Source: Minisyncoccota bacterium
GTDB taxonomy: Bacteria > Patescibacteriota > Minisyncoccia > Phycocordibacterales > CAIZLB01
Direction: 5' to 3'
Length of the DNA stretch: 64,000 nucleotides
Assembly (NCBI GenBank): GCA_021734945.1
Contig: JAIPIA010000001.1
Coordinates: 4,465-68,464, forward strand
Shown here: positions 1-10,014 of the stretch, piece after piece
Numbering within the stretch: position 1 is the first letter of the stretch
Layout of the letters: every line of letters starts with the position of its first letter
The notes under the pieces: generated by a model
What the model was told of the DNA's origin: nothing
The model's input: only the letters and a program-made list of their open reading frames with translations
Database searches by the model: none
Translations under genes and position numbers: made by a program

Positions 1-219
1 TTTGAGACGTGTCTTCAGTTGCTTACAGATAATCCGTTGTTTGTAGTATTGAATGGATATGCTGCTGGTTATTCATCTATTGCATATGAAAACAATATGC
101 AAAGTCTTGTACGCAAATACGCTGGAACTGTAGAAAGTGGGGAACTTGCACTTCGAGAGGAAGGTCCTGCCGGTAGACTTTTACCATGTGGAATTGTTTC
201 TCGATGGAAGAAATCCTAA
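1..219 (+). CDS. C-terminal fragment of class I SAM-dependent methyltransferase (RlmI/RlmK-like), partial at window edge
   Basis: Frame open from base 1; C-terminus LNGYAAGYS...GELALRE...GRLLPCGIVSRW resembles this family. Confidence 0.6.
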   Translation, partial: FETCLQLLTDNPLFVVLNGYAAGYSSIAYENNMQSLVRKYAGTVESGELALREEGPAGRLLPCGIVSRWKKS

Positions 220-318
220 CCCTAGCTCTAAATGGCAATATAAAATATGTATTTAAATTAGAGTAGATTGAATTTAAAACTCTGGAAATATAACTATTTT
301 TATGATAAAATACCAACT

Positions 319-675
319 ATGGATGAAAAGATTGATAATCAACCTGAGTTGAATATGAATGATGAAATCGTGGAGCTCAATGAAAAAATTGATAAGTTAA
401 CTAGCTTAGCTGAAGAGAATCAACGGATGATAAAGAATCTCTATCAGAGAGCGCGGATGGCAACGGTTGTTGTCTTCTTAAAGTGGTTTATTATCATTGG
501 GTTGACTCTCGGATCTTTCTACTATATTCAACCGTTGGTTAACACTTTGGTTGGAGTTTACGGCGGTACAGGGTTTTCAGGCTTAGGTAATTCTGATAAA
601 ACTAGTAGTGCCGATGCACCAAAAACAGGTTCATTCAATTTTGGAGACTTGTCCAATTTGTTAAAATCTATATAA
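319..675 (+). CDS. Hypothetical membrane protein (coiled coil plus one TM helix)
   Basis: ATG at 319 (MDEKID); hydrophobic VVVFLKWFIIIGLTLGSFYYI. Confidence 0.7.
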   Translation: MDEKIDNQPELNMNDEIVELNEKIDKLTSLAEENQRMIKNLYQRARMATVVVFLKWFIIIGLTLGSFYYIQPLVNTLVGVYGGTGFSGLGNSDKTSSADAPKTGSFNFGDLSNLLKSI

Positions 676-810
676 TCGTCACATACCGACCAGAGATATA
701 GTCTCAGTTGGTAGAGTTACATTAGTTAGGACGGTCGGGTGTGTCTAATACGAACCTGAGGTTCGTATCGAGTATGACCTTACTAGGTCGCATAATTTAC
801 AAAATCATAT

Positions 811-883
811 GCCGAGGTAGCTCAGTTGGTAGAGCATATCCCTGAAGAGGATGGGGTCGCGAGTTCGAGTCTCGCCCTCGGCA
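811..883 (+). tRNA. tRNA-Phe(GAA)
   Basis: Acceptor GCCGAGG/CCTCGGC, D-arm GCTC-AGTTGGTA-GAGC, anticodon loop CTGAAGA, T-loop TTCGAGT; CCA not encoded. Confidence 0.97.
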
Positions 884-889
884 CAAAGC

Positions 890-927
890 AAAATACTCAT
901 GGATTTATCTATGGGTATTTTGATTTT
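890..927 (+). terminator. Intrinsic terminator after tRNA-Phe
   Basis: AAAATACTCATGGA-ttta-TCTATGGGTATTTT hairpin plus T-rich tail. Confidence 0.6.
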
Positions 928-1151
928 AAGGCTGAGAGCTTCTGAACTGCTTCAGAAGCGGGTGAGACGAGAAAGGCTTTTCGTTATTGAATGAACGAAG
1001 TGAAATGAAATCGAAAAGCACCTGCCGATGTAGTCGGAGAGTCTCTCCCTTTGCACAAAATAAAAGTGAACAACTTATTGGCGTATAAATAAATACCTTG
1101 TATAATTAAATTACATTACAAGAATTCAGACATAATCATTGATATATAAAT

Positions 1152-1472
1152 ATGCAATCTAGCGATATACAGTTTCTTGAATACATTGTTAAGTCATTGG
1201 TAGAAAATACAGACGCAGTTAAGACAAGTCGACGAGTAGATGACATGGGAGTATTTATTGAACTTATTGTTGATCCAGCTGATATGGGAAAAATCATCGG
1301 ACGAAATGGTCACACAGCTCAGGCAATTCGAACTATCATGAAAGCTTTTGGAAAGAAGCATCAGGCAAACATCAGTATCCAGATCAAAGAACCAGCAGGT
1401 AGTGCACGAGTGGTAGGTGAGGGGGCTGCTGTAAAAAGCGTAGATGAAGCGATTGCAGATTTGAATATGTAG
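1152..1472 (+). CDS. khpA: KH-domain RNA-binding protein KhpA
   Basis: DMGKIIGRNGHTAQAIR KH motif; upstream of trmD. Confidence 0.9.
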   Translation: MQSSDIQFLEYIVKSLVENTDAVKTSRRVDDMGVFIELIVDPADMGKIIGRNGHTAQAIRTIMKAFGKKHQANISIQIKEPAGSARVVGEGAAVKSVDEAIADLNM

Positions 1473-1607
1473 TCGATTGGAAGATAAAAAAATAATAGAG
1501 ACACTCATACAAATGGGTGTTTTTATTTTTATTGAAATATGGAAACTATAAACTAAACAACCCGACCGATTTCTCGATAGGGTTGCGTAAGGATTTGATC
1601 CTTGTGA

Positions 1608-1769
1608 TTAGTCAGAGCAATTGTCACCGCATGAATCACAAGATCTGAGTATATCCCCAGGTCTTCTTTGATCAAGAAGTTGAGCAATAAAACGTGTTTT
1701 TGAAGTTGTTTTTCTTTTCCGAGGTTTTTTGATCGCTTTACTCTTTTGGTTGGGCGTCTTACTTTTCAT
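1608..1769 (-). CDS. Putative 53-aa basic small protein with C-terminal CxxCxxxC (not in ORF track)
   Basis: Hand translation MKSKTPNQKSKAIKKPRKRKTTSKTRFIAQLLDQRRPGDILRSCDSCGDNCSD*; AGAGGA 8 nt upstream of ATG. Confidence 0.45.
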   Translation of the reverse strand: MKSKTPNQKSKAIKKPRKRKTTSKTRFIAQLLDQRRPGDILRSCDSCGDNCSD

Positions 1770-2039
1770 ATTTGTGGTCCTCTATCTTTGTACTTATTGT
1801 TTTTTTCTTCACGCAATTATAGAAATATATATTACATCAAATTACACCAAATCTGGTTTAATAAGTTGAAAATATATACTTTTATTTGTAAGACCAAGGA
1901 GATTGTGGTGGTCTATGCGCGCAGATAAGGAGATTAATCTCTGTTTATAAGATTACTACCTAATATTAATAAAATCAAGGTATTGTTTATATTTACTTGT
2001 TGAAGGCTGTATATTTGTGTAGTATTTACTTAATTAATT

Positions 2040-2831
2040 ATGGCTAAAGAAAACTTGTTAGCAAAAAAGAAGATTCAACAGGTCGCAAAAGTTCAGTCAA
2101 AGAAGCCTGTTACATTCCATCTCATAACTCTCTTTCCAGAGTCTTTTGCCTCATACCTCAATGAGTCTATTCTGGCGCGAGCACAGAAGGATAAGCTTAT
2201 ATCTGTTAAGTATTATAATCCTAGAGATTTTGTAAAACCGACTGGTGCTCAGAAAAAGAACGAACGACCATACCTACGAGTTGATGATAAGCCATATGGT
2301 GGAGGTCCTGGAATGGTTATGCAGGCCGAACCTATTTTAAAAGCTATTGAAAAAGCTCTAAAAAGCACCTCTAAGGGAGCCTCTAAAAAATTGTCTAAAA
2401 AGACTCTTATCGTCTTTCTCGCACCGTCTGGCGAACAGTTCACAAACACTCTTGGTACGACATATGCAAAAGAATATTCAGACATCATTGTAATCTGTGG
2501 AAGATATGAAGGAATAGACGCACGCATCAAAAAAGTTTTTAAAATGGTTGATATAACAGTTGGACCTTTTGTTACAACAGGTGGCGAACTCCCAGCTATG
2601 ATAATGATAGACGTGATTGCACGACAGATACCTGGAGTACTTGGAAATTTTGACAGTAGGGAAGAATCTCGAGCCTCATCTCGTGACTCGTATACTCGTC
2701 CAGAAGTTTTGATGTATAAAGGAAAGAAATATAAAGTGCCTGAAGTTCTCTTGTCAGGGAATCACAAACTTATAGATGAATGGAGGGTAAGTGAAGAGAG
2801 AAAAGGTGGTGAAAGGAAGCTTACAGTTTAA
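2040..2831 (+). CDS. trmD: tRNA (guanine37-N1)-methyltransferase
   Basis: VDDKPYGGGPGMVM, ICGRYEGID, TGGELPAM and YTRPE motifs. Confidence 0.97.
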   Translation: MAKENLLAKKKIQQVAKVQSKKPVTFHLITLFPESFASYLNESILARAQKDKLISVKYYNPRDFVKPTGAQKKNERPYLRVDDKPYGGGPGMVMQAEPILKAIEKALKSTSKGASKKLSKKTLIVFLAPSGEQFTNTLGTTYAKEYSDIIVICGRYEGIDARIKKVFKMVDITVGPFVTTGGELPAMIMIDVIARQIPGVLGNFDSREESRASSRDSYTRPEVLMYKGKKYKVPEVLLSGNHKLIDEWRVSEERKGGERKLTV

Positions 2832-2929
2832 ACAAAGAATTCTTCTAAAAGTCCTTTGAATATAAGCCAGTAATAATGTATAATTTACAGTATATTTTAT
2901 ATTTATTCAGAAAATTATAAAAACTTTGC

Positions 2930-5900
2930 ATGCTATCAAAATATAAAAATAGAAAATTATATGTCTCTCTTTTGCTTGTATGTTTTCTTGTTGTTTTTTC
3001 TTTGATAAAATTTAATTCTGTATCAGCGGCAACTACCTCAGCCCCAAGAAGTCTTGGTGGTTCAATCACCTCATCTACTTCGATTACTCTTACTTGGCTT
3101 CCACCTGCTGTAGGTGCAGCTACAGTTACTGATTATTTAGTTGAATACAAGCTCTCAGCCGATTCATCATGGACAACATTTACTGATGGTGTATCGACTG
3201 CTACAACCACAACAGTTACAGGGCTTACAAATGGCTCAAACTATGATTTTCGTATATCAGCTATCAATATCGATGGGACGAGCACTCCCTCATATGTGAT
3301 TTCAATAGTTTCATGGGTGTCGGCAACCGGTGGTACAGTAACAGAAGTTGGAGGTTATCGTCTTCATACATTTACATCAAGTAGTAGTATTTCATTTCAA
3401 AGTGGAGGATCAGTTGAAACACTTATCGTCGGTGGAGGTGGAGGTGGAGGCACTACTGTTGCTGGTGGAGGTGGAGCGGGAGGTGTTGTCTCAACTTCAA
3501 CTAATGTCTCATCAGGTACTCTAGCTGTTACAGTTGGTGGAGGTGGAGCGGGAGGCGTAAATGGTGCGGCTGGTGCCAATGGATCAAATGGTGCGACATC
3601 AACTTTTAATTCTATTAGTGCATCTGGAGGTGGAGCTGGTGCGGGTTTTAATACGGCTGGTTCGGCAGGTGCTTCAGGTGGAGGAACTGGTGCTAATAGT
3701 ACTGGTGCGGGAGGTACCGCTATTTCAGGGCAAGGTTTTGCTGGAGGTACTGGAGCGAGCGCTACTCTTAATGCTGGTGGAGGTGGAGGTGGAGCGGGAG
3801 GTGTTGGAGGTAATGGACTTAATGGGGTGGCAGGAAATGGAGGTACTGGTGTTCAGAGTTCAATTACAGGAACAGCTGTTTATTATGGAGGTGGAGGTGG
3901 GGGAGGAAGCCGAACTAGTTCTGGAGGTATTTCTGCCGGAGTTGGAGGTAATGGAGGTGGAGGTGCTGGAGGAATTTCAACAGTTGGATATGCCGGAACT
4001 GCAAACACTGGAGGTGGAGGAGGAGGAGGCGGTTTTAATGGAGCACATCTTGGTGGAGGTAATGGAGGAAGTGGAATAATTATAATTAGATATCCAGTAG
4101 TTTTCAGTGGAATTTTGCAAGTTCCAGTCATTTCTTCTGCTGTGTCAAATACTCAAAAAGTGACACTTGTTTGGTCGATAGGTCAAGGTTCATCTCCGCA
4201 GATTACAGATTTTAAGATTGAATACAAGCTCTCAGCCGATTCATCATGGACAACATTTACTGATGGTGTATCGACTGCTACAACCACAACAGTAACAGGG
4301 CTTACAAATGGTCAGAGCTATGACTTTAGAATTTCATCCATAAATTCTTCAAGTGCAACAAGTGATCCTTCAGATACTGTTACAGTAACACCAAATGTAT
4401 CAGTGCCGAGTACTCCACAAAATATTTTTATAACCGTTGGCTCCAGCACAAGAGCTATTCTCACATGGGATGCACCGGTGTTAGATAACGGCGCAAGTAC
4501 AACAGACTATCTTATCGAATACAAGCTCTCAGCCGATTCATCATGGACAACATTTACTGATGGTGTATCGACTGCTACAACCACAACAGTTACAGGGCTT
4601 TTAGATACTTTATCATATGATTTTCGGGTATCCGCTATTAATAGTGTGGGCACAAGTTCACCATCAAGTACCGTGACTGACACGCCGGGATATTTTGTAC
4701 TAGTTGATAATTTCGATACCTCTGTAATTAATACCTCTAAGTGGACTGAATTTGATGCTGCTGTTGGTGGTAGCGGAGGAAGTGCTGGTAATGTGCAACA
4801 GAGTGCTGGAAAACTTTCGGTTACTGGAAACAGCGCATGGGGACAAAACGGACTTCAATCTAATGCTACATTCAGTAGGTCATTTGGTGATGTTGAAGTC
4901 AAGGTAACCATGACTGGAAGCTGTACAGTAGGAACTAGTTTTAATTTTGGATATGGAGATATAAATTTTGGAGCAGCGGGTACGTACTCATATATTATAT
5001 CAAAAGCTGGTAGTTCATGGACTCTTTACTATTTCCAAAATGGGAGCAACTCCACTTCTGTTCCTATGTCGGGTATACCTTGTACAACGGGTAATGATGT
5101 GACTTTAAGGATGGTAGCCTTACAGGCTGGTGGAGTAAGTGTATTTGTAGGCACTTCAACAACCCCTGTTGCGACGGTGGCGAGTGGAACCTTTAATAAT
5201 AAAAAAGTATGGCTTCAGACAAACGGTAATGGGGATATTACTACTTTTGATAATCTTCGGGTGTCTGAACCATTGTCTTTACCCCTTGCTCCTGGATCAA
5301 TAGTTGTATCTCCTGCTGACTCTCAAGTAGATTTGTCTTGGGTGGCAGGCAACGCAAATGGTTCAACAATTACTGATTATCAATTACAGTATAAACTCCC
5401 TACAACCGCAACTTGGACTACTTTTAGTGATAGTGTCTCAACAAGTACTACGGGTAGTATTATGGGATTAACAAACGGTATTATATATAATTTTCGAGTT
5501 GTTCCAATAAGTAATAACGGTACGGGAACTCCTTCTGTTGCTGTAAGTTCAGCTGCTCGAATTACTACTCTTGCAGCTCCAACCGCCACTTCTGTTTCTA
5601 TACTTGGAACACCTACAGTTGATGAGACACTCCGTGGATATTATTTATTTGCTGACCCTAATGGAGATATTGAGGGTTCTTCCACATATAGATGGCTTGT
5701 ATCAAACACTGCTGGTGGTACATATACTCCAATCTCTGGTGCTATAAGTAACACTTATGTTGTAACTTCCAATGAGTCTGGAAAGTATCTCAAGTTTGAA
5801 GTAACTCCTGTATCTAGTATTGGGCCTTATGTGGGATCTGCAGTATTAAGTTCATCTTCATTGCAAGTTGCTACAACAAGTTATATCAATCACATTCTTT

Positions 5901-8900
5901 CAACAGGACAAAGTCTGTCTGTAGGCTGGAATGGAACTCCTGCTCTTACAACAACTCAGCCATATTCTAATAAAATGCTTACAGGTGGATCAGGTTCAAC
6001 TTTTACACCACTTATTGAATCAAGTGTTGAGTCTATGAGTAGTTCACTTGGAAACTCACTCACGTATCTTTCACCAAATGCAAGCTTTCAAAGCGCAGTA
6101 ACAATGCATGGTATTCCTTCTTATTCATATTCACAAATTAAAAAGGGAACCTCAGCATACACAACTGGGATGACTCAAACAACAAATGTGTTTAATGCTG
6201 CAGCGGGACTCGGTAAAGTTGACCGTGTAATTGGTGTTACTGTAATACATGGAGAAACAGATAATGTGAATGGAAATGGTCTAGCATATGAAGGTTACCT
6301 ACATGAATGGCAAACTGACTATGATACGGATGTTCGTGCAATTACCGGCCAATCTGATACGGTTCCAATGTTTACTGACCAGACAAGTTCTCACACTGGT
6401 TATGGATATACAACATCACTAATTCCGGTTGCCCAGTTGGCCGCTTCAGAAGATTATCCAGGGATGAATATCCTAGTTGCTCCAAAATATTTTCTTACAT
6501 ATGTTGATGGAGGACATTTAAATAACGTAAGCTACAGATGGCTTGGAGAATATTATGCAAAGGTAATGAAGAAAGTAGTCATCGACAAAGAAACGTGGAG
6601 ACCACTTAGTCCTGACTCAATTGTTAGAAACGGGAATACTATATATGCAAAATTTCACGTTCCTGCTGGTCCGTTGGTTATTGATACAACTAATGTATTA
6701 GCTAAATCCAACTATGGTTTTGAATACTATGATACGGCTTCAACTACATCGATCAGTAGTGTGTCACTCATTAACTCTGATACAGTAAAAATTGTTTTAA
6801 ATGGAACTCCTACAGGCTCAGATCAGAGACTCCGATATGCATATACAGGTGTTGGTGCTTATGGTACTGCACCAGGAGCACAAAGTTCTGGTTCTGCTCG
6901 AGGAAATCTTCGTGATAGTGACCCTGCTGTGCCTCTATACGCCACGACAACTTCAAATGCTAATAACCTATATAACTGGACTGTACAGTTTGATAAACCA
7001 ATAACAGATGATACAACTGCACCGTCTCAGTCAAATATTTCATCGAGTCCAGGAGTTTCTACAAGTACTATCACATGGTTTACAAATGAAAACTCAGACA
7101 CTCAGGTTGAGTACGGTACAACATCAACTATATACACAGCTTCAACTACACTGGATTCATCAGTTCTTTCATCATCACATGGTGTAACACTGACAGGCCT
7201 TAGTTCAAATACAACTTATTATTATCGTGTTATATCTCGAGATATTGCTCAAAATAGAACCAATTCTTCTGAACAGACATTTACAACATCAGCTGGTGCT
7301 CCGGTTCTGTCAGAGCCATCTCAAGTAACAAGTGTTGTTGCTGCGACAAGTACTCCTTCGCAAGCTACAATTACTTTTGCTACATCTTCTTCAGACGGTG
7401 GGTCATCGATTTTATATTATACTGCAAGTTCAACACCTGGAGGATATACAGCTACATCTACTGGTAGTCCAATTATCGTCACTGGACTTACAAATGGAAC
7501 TGCCTATACATTTACTGTAACAGCTACAAATGCAATCGGTGTTTCAGCTTTGTCTACTGCTTCAAACTCTGTGACACCACTTGCTCTACCCGACACTACA
7601 CCTCCAACTGTCTCTATCACAGCACCAACAGACAGCTCAACAATATTAGGTAGTACCGTCACAATATCTGCAGACTCATCTGATAATGTTGGTGTAGTCG
7701 GTGTTCAATTCTATCGTGACTCAAATGTTGCAATTGGATCAGAAGATACTACAAGCACATATGGTGTAACATTTGATTCTACGGCCGTATCAAATGGTTC
7801 ACATACAATATTTGCAGTTGCGCGAGATGTGGCAGGGAATTATGCAACATCAACATCAGTTACTGTTACCGTAGACAATCCACCAACTCCAGTTACTCAA
7901 ACTCTCACACTTGATGCTGCAACGTCTGTAGGTACAAGTTCTGCAATTTTTAATGTAACAGTAGTGAGTGATGGATATGCTTCATCATCACTCCTCGGAT
8001 TTGAATATGGCACTACTACTTCATATGGTTCAACACTCACATTAGGTGGAAGCTTTGGTGTGGGTTCATACTACAATACTGCCTTTGACCTCATACCAAA
8101 TACTACATATCACTTTAGAGCATATACAACCAACTCTGCTGGAACTGCTTCATCTTCAGACTTAACATTCACTACACTGTCTCTGAATACTACACCTTCT
8201 GCCATCACAGCAAGTCCATTAAACACATCTGCTACCATTACATGGATAACCTCAGATCCAGCTTCGTCACAAGTAATATTTGGTCTCACAACCTCATATG
8301 GGTCAAGTACAACCGTCACTAACATTTCACCAAGGGTTACATCTCACGGTGTATCAGTGGTTGGTCTTACCTCGTGCACCCTATACCACTATCAAGTTTC
8401 AGGAACTGATGTCACATCTGTAACATCGACAAGTTCTGATCAGACATTTGTAACTACAGGTTGTAGTGCGAGTGCTCCAATCACTGCAAGTAATGAAGGA
8501 AGTATTACTACATCAGCTGGAGGAACACTTACACAAGATCAGATTACAATCACTGTACCTACAGGATTCACAGGAACTTCATCATCTGCTGTATTTCAAG
8601 CTCACAAACTCGACGGTTCTGTATTTTTCAACTCAATCTCTGCACCAACAGGATTAGTTAGCGTAGGAGGAAATGTATTCAATCTTAAAGCTCTAACGGA
8701 TTCATCAACATTACTCACCACATTTGATGCACCAATTACAGTCGTCTTGTCATATTCACCATCTGATATTACAGGTGTAGATGAATCAACTCTTTGGATA
8801 TATCGATATGATGGAAGTCAGTGGTATCCGCTTTCAAACTGTACGACAGATACAGGATCCCACACTGTGACATGTGAGACTTCAAACTTCTCTGACTTTA

Positions 8901-9469
8901 GTATTTTTGGCGAGAGTTCTACTATTGAAACATCTACTGGTGGCTGTTCAACAACATATTACACAGAAGGAAACATTAACTACCAAAGCAGATGTGGAGT
9001 TGTGACTGTAGTTAATACTAACACTCCCATAGCTGTATCAAGTGGAAGTACTGGCGGTTCCACATCAAATGTAACACCTACTACATCAAGTACCGTTGCA
9101 ACTTCAACACAAACCACAACAGTTCATACTGATTCATGTCTCCCAGGATACCTATTCAATATCTTAACTGGACAGCGGTGTCAAACTACATCTGTTACAG
9201 AAAACCCTTCAACAAATACAGCTACTACATATATCTTTTCTAGAAACCTCAAGTTTGGTTCAACAGGAGAAGACGTACGACAACTCCAGATATTCCTAAA
9301 CTTTAAAGGATTCATGGTATCAACTACTGGTGCCGGATCAGTTGGAAAGGAGACTGACTACTTTGGTCCTGCTACACGAACTGCTTTAATTAAGCTCCAG
9401 AAAGCAAAGAACATCAAACCATCCATTGGATATTTTGGACCTATTACAAGAGGGATTGTTGGGAGGTAG
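2930..9469 (+). CDS. Giant secreted surface protein: FN3 repeats, Gly-rich domain, sialate O-acetylesterase-like (SGNH/SASA) domain, Ig-like domain, C-terminal peptidoglycan-binding domain
   Basis: Signal/TM anchor; FN3 motifs (TGLTNG..YDFRISAIN); GQSL...HGETD...DGGHL; C-terminal RNLKFGSTGEDVRQLQ...YFGPATR. Confidence 0.85.
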   Translation: MLSKYKNRKLYVSLLLVCFLVVFSLIKFNSVSAATTSAPRSLGGSITSSTSITLTWLPPAVGAATVTDYLVEYKLSADSSWTTFTDGVSTATTTTVTGLTNGSNYDFRISAINIDGTSTPSYVISIVSWVSATGGTVTEVGGYRLHTFTSSSSISFQSGGSVETLIVGGGGGGGTTVAGGGGAGGVVSTSTNVSSGTLAVTVGGGGAGGVNGAAGANGSNGATSTFNSISASGGGAGAGFNTAGSAGASGGGTGANSTGAGGTAISGQGFAGGTGASATLNAGGGGGGAGGVGGNGLNGVAGNGGTGVQSSITGTAVYYGGGGGGGSRTSSGGISAGVGGNGGGGAGGISTVGYAGTANTGGGGGGGGFNGAHLGGGNGGSGIIIIRYPVVFSGILQVPVISSAVSNTQKVTLVWSIGQGSSPQITDFKIEYKLSADSSWTTFTDGVSTATTTTVTGLTNGQSYDFRISSINSSSATSDPSDTVTVTPNVSVPSTPQNIFITVGSSTRAILTWDAPVLDNGASTTDYLIEYKLSADSSWTTFTDGVSTATTTTVTGLLDTLSYDFRVSAINSVGTSSPSSTVTDTPGYFVLVDNFDTSVINTSKWTEFDAAVGGSGGSAGNVQQSAGKLSVTGNSAWGQNGLQSNATFSRSFGDVEVKVTMTGSCTVGTSFNFGYGDINFGAAGTYSYIISKAGSSWTLYYFQNGSNSTSVPMSGIPCTTGNDVTLRMVALQAGGVSVFVGTSTTPVATVASGTFNNKKVWLQTNGNGDITTFDNLRVSEPLSLPLAPGSIVVSPADSQVDLSWVAGNANGSTITDYQLQYKLPTTATWTTFSDSVSTSTTGSIMGLTNGIIYNFRVVPISNNGTGTPSVAVSSAARITTLAAPTATSVSILGTPTVDETLRGYYLFADPNGDIEGSSTYRWLVSNTAGGTYTPISGAISNTYVVTSNESGKYLKFEVTPVSSIGPYVGSAVLSSSSLQVATTSYINHILSTGQSLSVGWNGTPALTTTQPYSNKMLTGGSGSTFTPLIESSVESMSSSLGNSLTYLSPNASFQSAVTMHGIPSYSYSQIKKGTSAYTTGMTQTTNVFNAAAGLGKVDRVIGVTVIHGETDNVNGNGLAYEGYLHEWQTDYDTDVRAITGQSDTVPMFTDQTSSHTGYGYTTSLIPVAQLAASEDYPGMNILVAPKYFLTYVDGGHLNNVSYRWLGEYYAKVMKKVVIDKETWRPLSPDSIVRNGNTIYAKFHVPAGPLVIDTTNVLAKSNYGFEYYDTASTTSISSVSLINSDTVKIVLNGTPTGSDQRLRYAYTGVGAYGTAPGAQSSGSARGNLRDSDPAVPLYATTTSNANNLYNWTVQFDKPITDDTTAPSQSNISSSPGVSTSTITWFTNENSDTQVEYGTTSTIYTASTTLDSSVLSSSHGVTLTGLSSNTTYYYRVISRDIAQNRTNSSEQTFTTSAGAPVLSEPSQVTSVVAATSTPSQATITFATSSSDGGSSILYYTASSTPGGYTATSTGSPIIVTGLTNGTAYTFTVTATNAIGVSALSTASNSVTPLALPDTTPPTVSITAPTDSSTILGSTVTISADSSDNVGVVGVQFYRDSNVAIGSEDTTSTYGVTFDSTAVSNGSHTIFAVARDVAGNYATSTSVTVTVDNPPTPVTQTLTLDAATSVGTSSAIFNVTVVSDGYASSSLLGFEYGTTTSYGSTLTLGGSFGVGSYYNTAFDLIPNTTYHFRAYTTNSAGTASSSDLTFTTLSLNTTPSAITASPLNTSATITWITSDPASSQVIFGLTTSYGSSTTVTNISPRVTSHGVSVVGLTSCTLYHYQVSGTDVTSVTSTSSDQTFVTTGCSASAPITASNEGSITTSAGGTLTQDQITITVPTGFTGTSSSAVFQAHKLDGSVFFNSISAPTGLVSVGGNVFNLKALTDSSTLLTTFDAPITVVLSYSPSDITGVDESTLWIYRYDGSQWYPLSNCTTDTGSHTVTCETSNFSDFSIFGESSTIETSTGGCSTTYYTEGNINYQSRCGVVTVVNTNTPIAVSSGSTGGSTSNVTPTTSSTVATSTQTTTVHTDSCLPGYLFNILTGQRCQTTSVTENPSTNTATTYIFSRNLKFGSTGEDVRQLQIFLNFKGFMVSTTGAGSVGKETDYFGPATRTALIKLQKAKNIKPSIGYFGPITRGIVGR
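3143..4600 (+). repeat. Three near-identical 84-nt intragenic repeats (3143-3226, 4220-4303, 4517-4600)
   Basis: GAATACAAGCTCTCAGCCGATTCATCATGG...ACAGGGCTT; copy 2 differs by one base. Confidence 0.9.
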
Positions 9470-9583
9470 AGGAAAATTTTATTTTAACCTTGACACCCTA
9501 TGTCAACAACACTACCCACAAGCTCCAAAAACGCCTATAAATAAGACCCCTCAGTAGTCCACACCTTTGTCAACATTGACTAA

Positions 9584-9612
9584 TTGACACCTGTGGATAA
9601 ATCGTTTAATAT
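9584..9612 (+). promoter_or_regulatory. Putative sigma70 promoter of rpoB with DnaA box in the spacer
   Basis: TTGACA (9584)-17 bp-TAATAT; TGTGGATAA at 9592-9600. Confidence 0.5.
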
Positions 9613-10014
9613 AAGAATCCTGTGTAAGACGATTGAGTTTTGACCGGCTCTTCGCAGAAACTCCTTATCACCTAGCTTAGTGAGAGACATGAAAGATATA
9701 TCTATCTTTCATGTCCGAACGAGTGACGGTGATATATGAGGGTAAACCTCATATATTTATAGCTTTATTTTGCATATTCAAACCTTTAATTATTTATCTT
9801 AAATACACACCTTCAGCTCAATATTGGGTCAACAATGTTTCTGGAGGTGTTTGTTTAATTTATTAATTCTAGAAATGTTTATAAAAATAATTCTTTAAAA
9901 AAGTAGAGTGCCGATTTGTACTAAAATGCAATGACAGCAAATGACTGAATAAGACCTTTATTAGATCGGAAACAATTTTCGTAAATTTAAACGCATAAAA
10001 CGCTCACAATATTT

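Noticed and set aside
3330-4131. GGAGGT microrepeats and Pro-rich or VE-rich alternative-frame ORFs
   Set aside because: By-products of the Gly-rich domain of the giant protein
3143-4600. CRISPR array or DGR template/variable repeat
   Set aside because: Repeats are in-frame FN3 cores with long irregular spacing; no adenine-specific mismatch pattern, reverse transcriptase or cas genes
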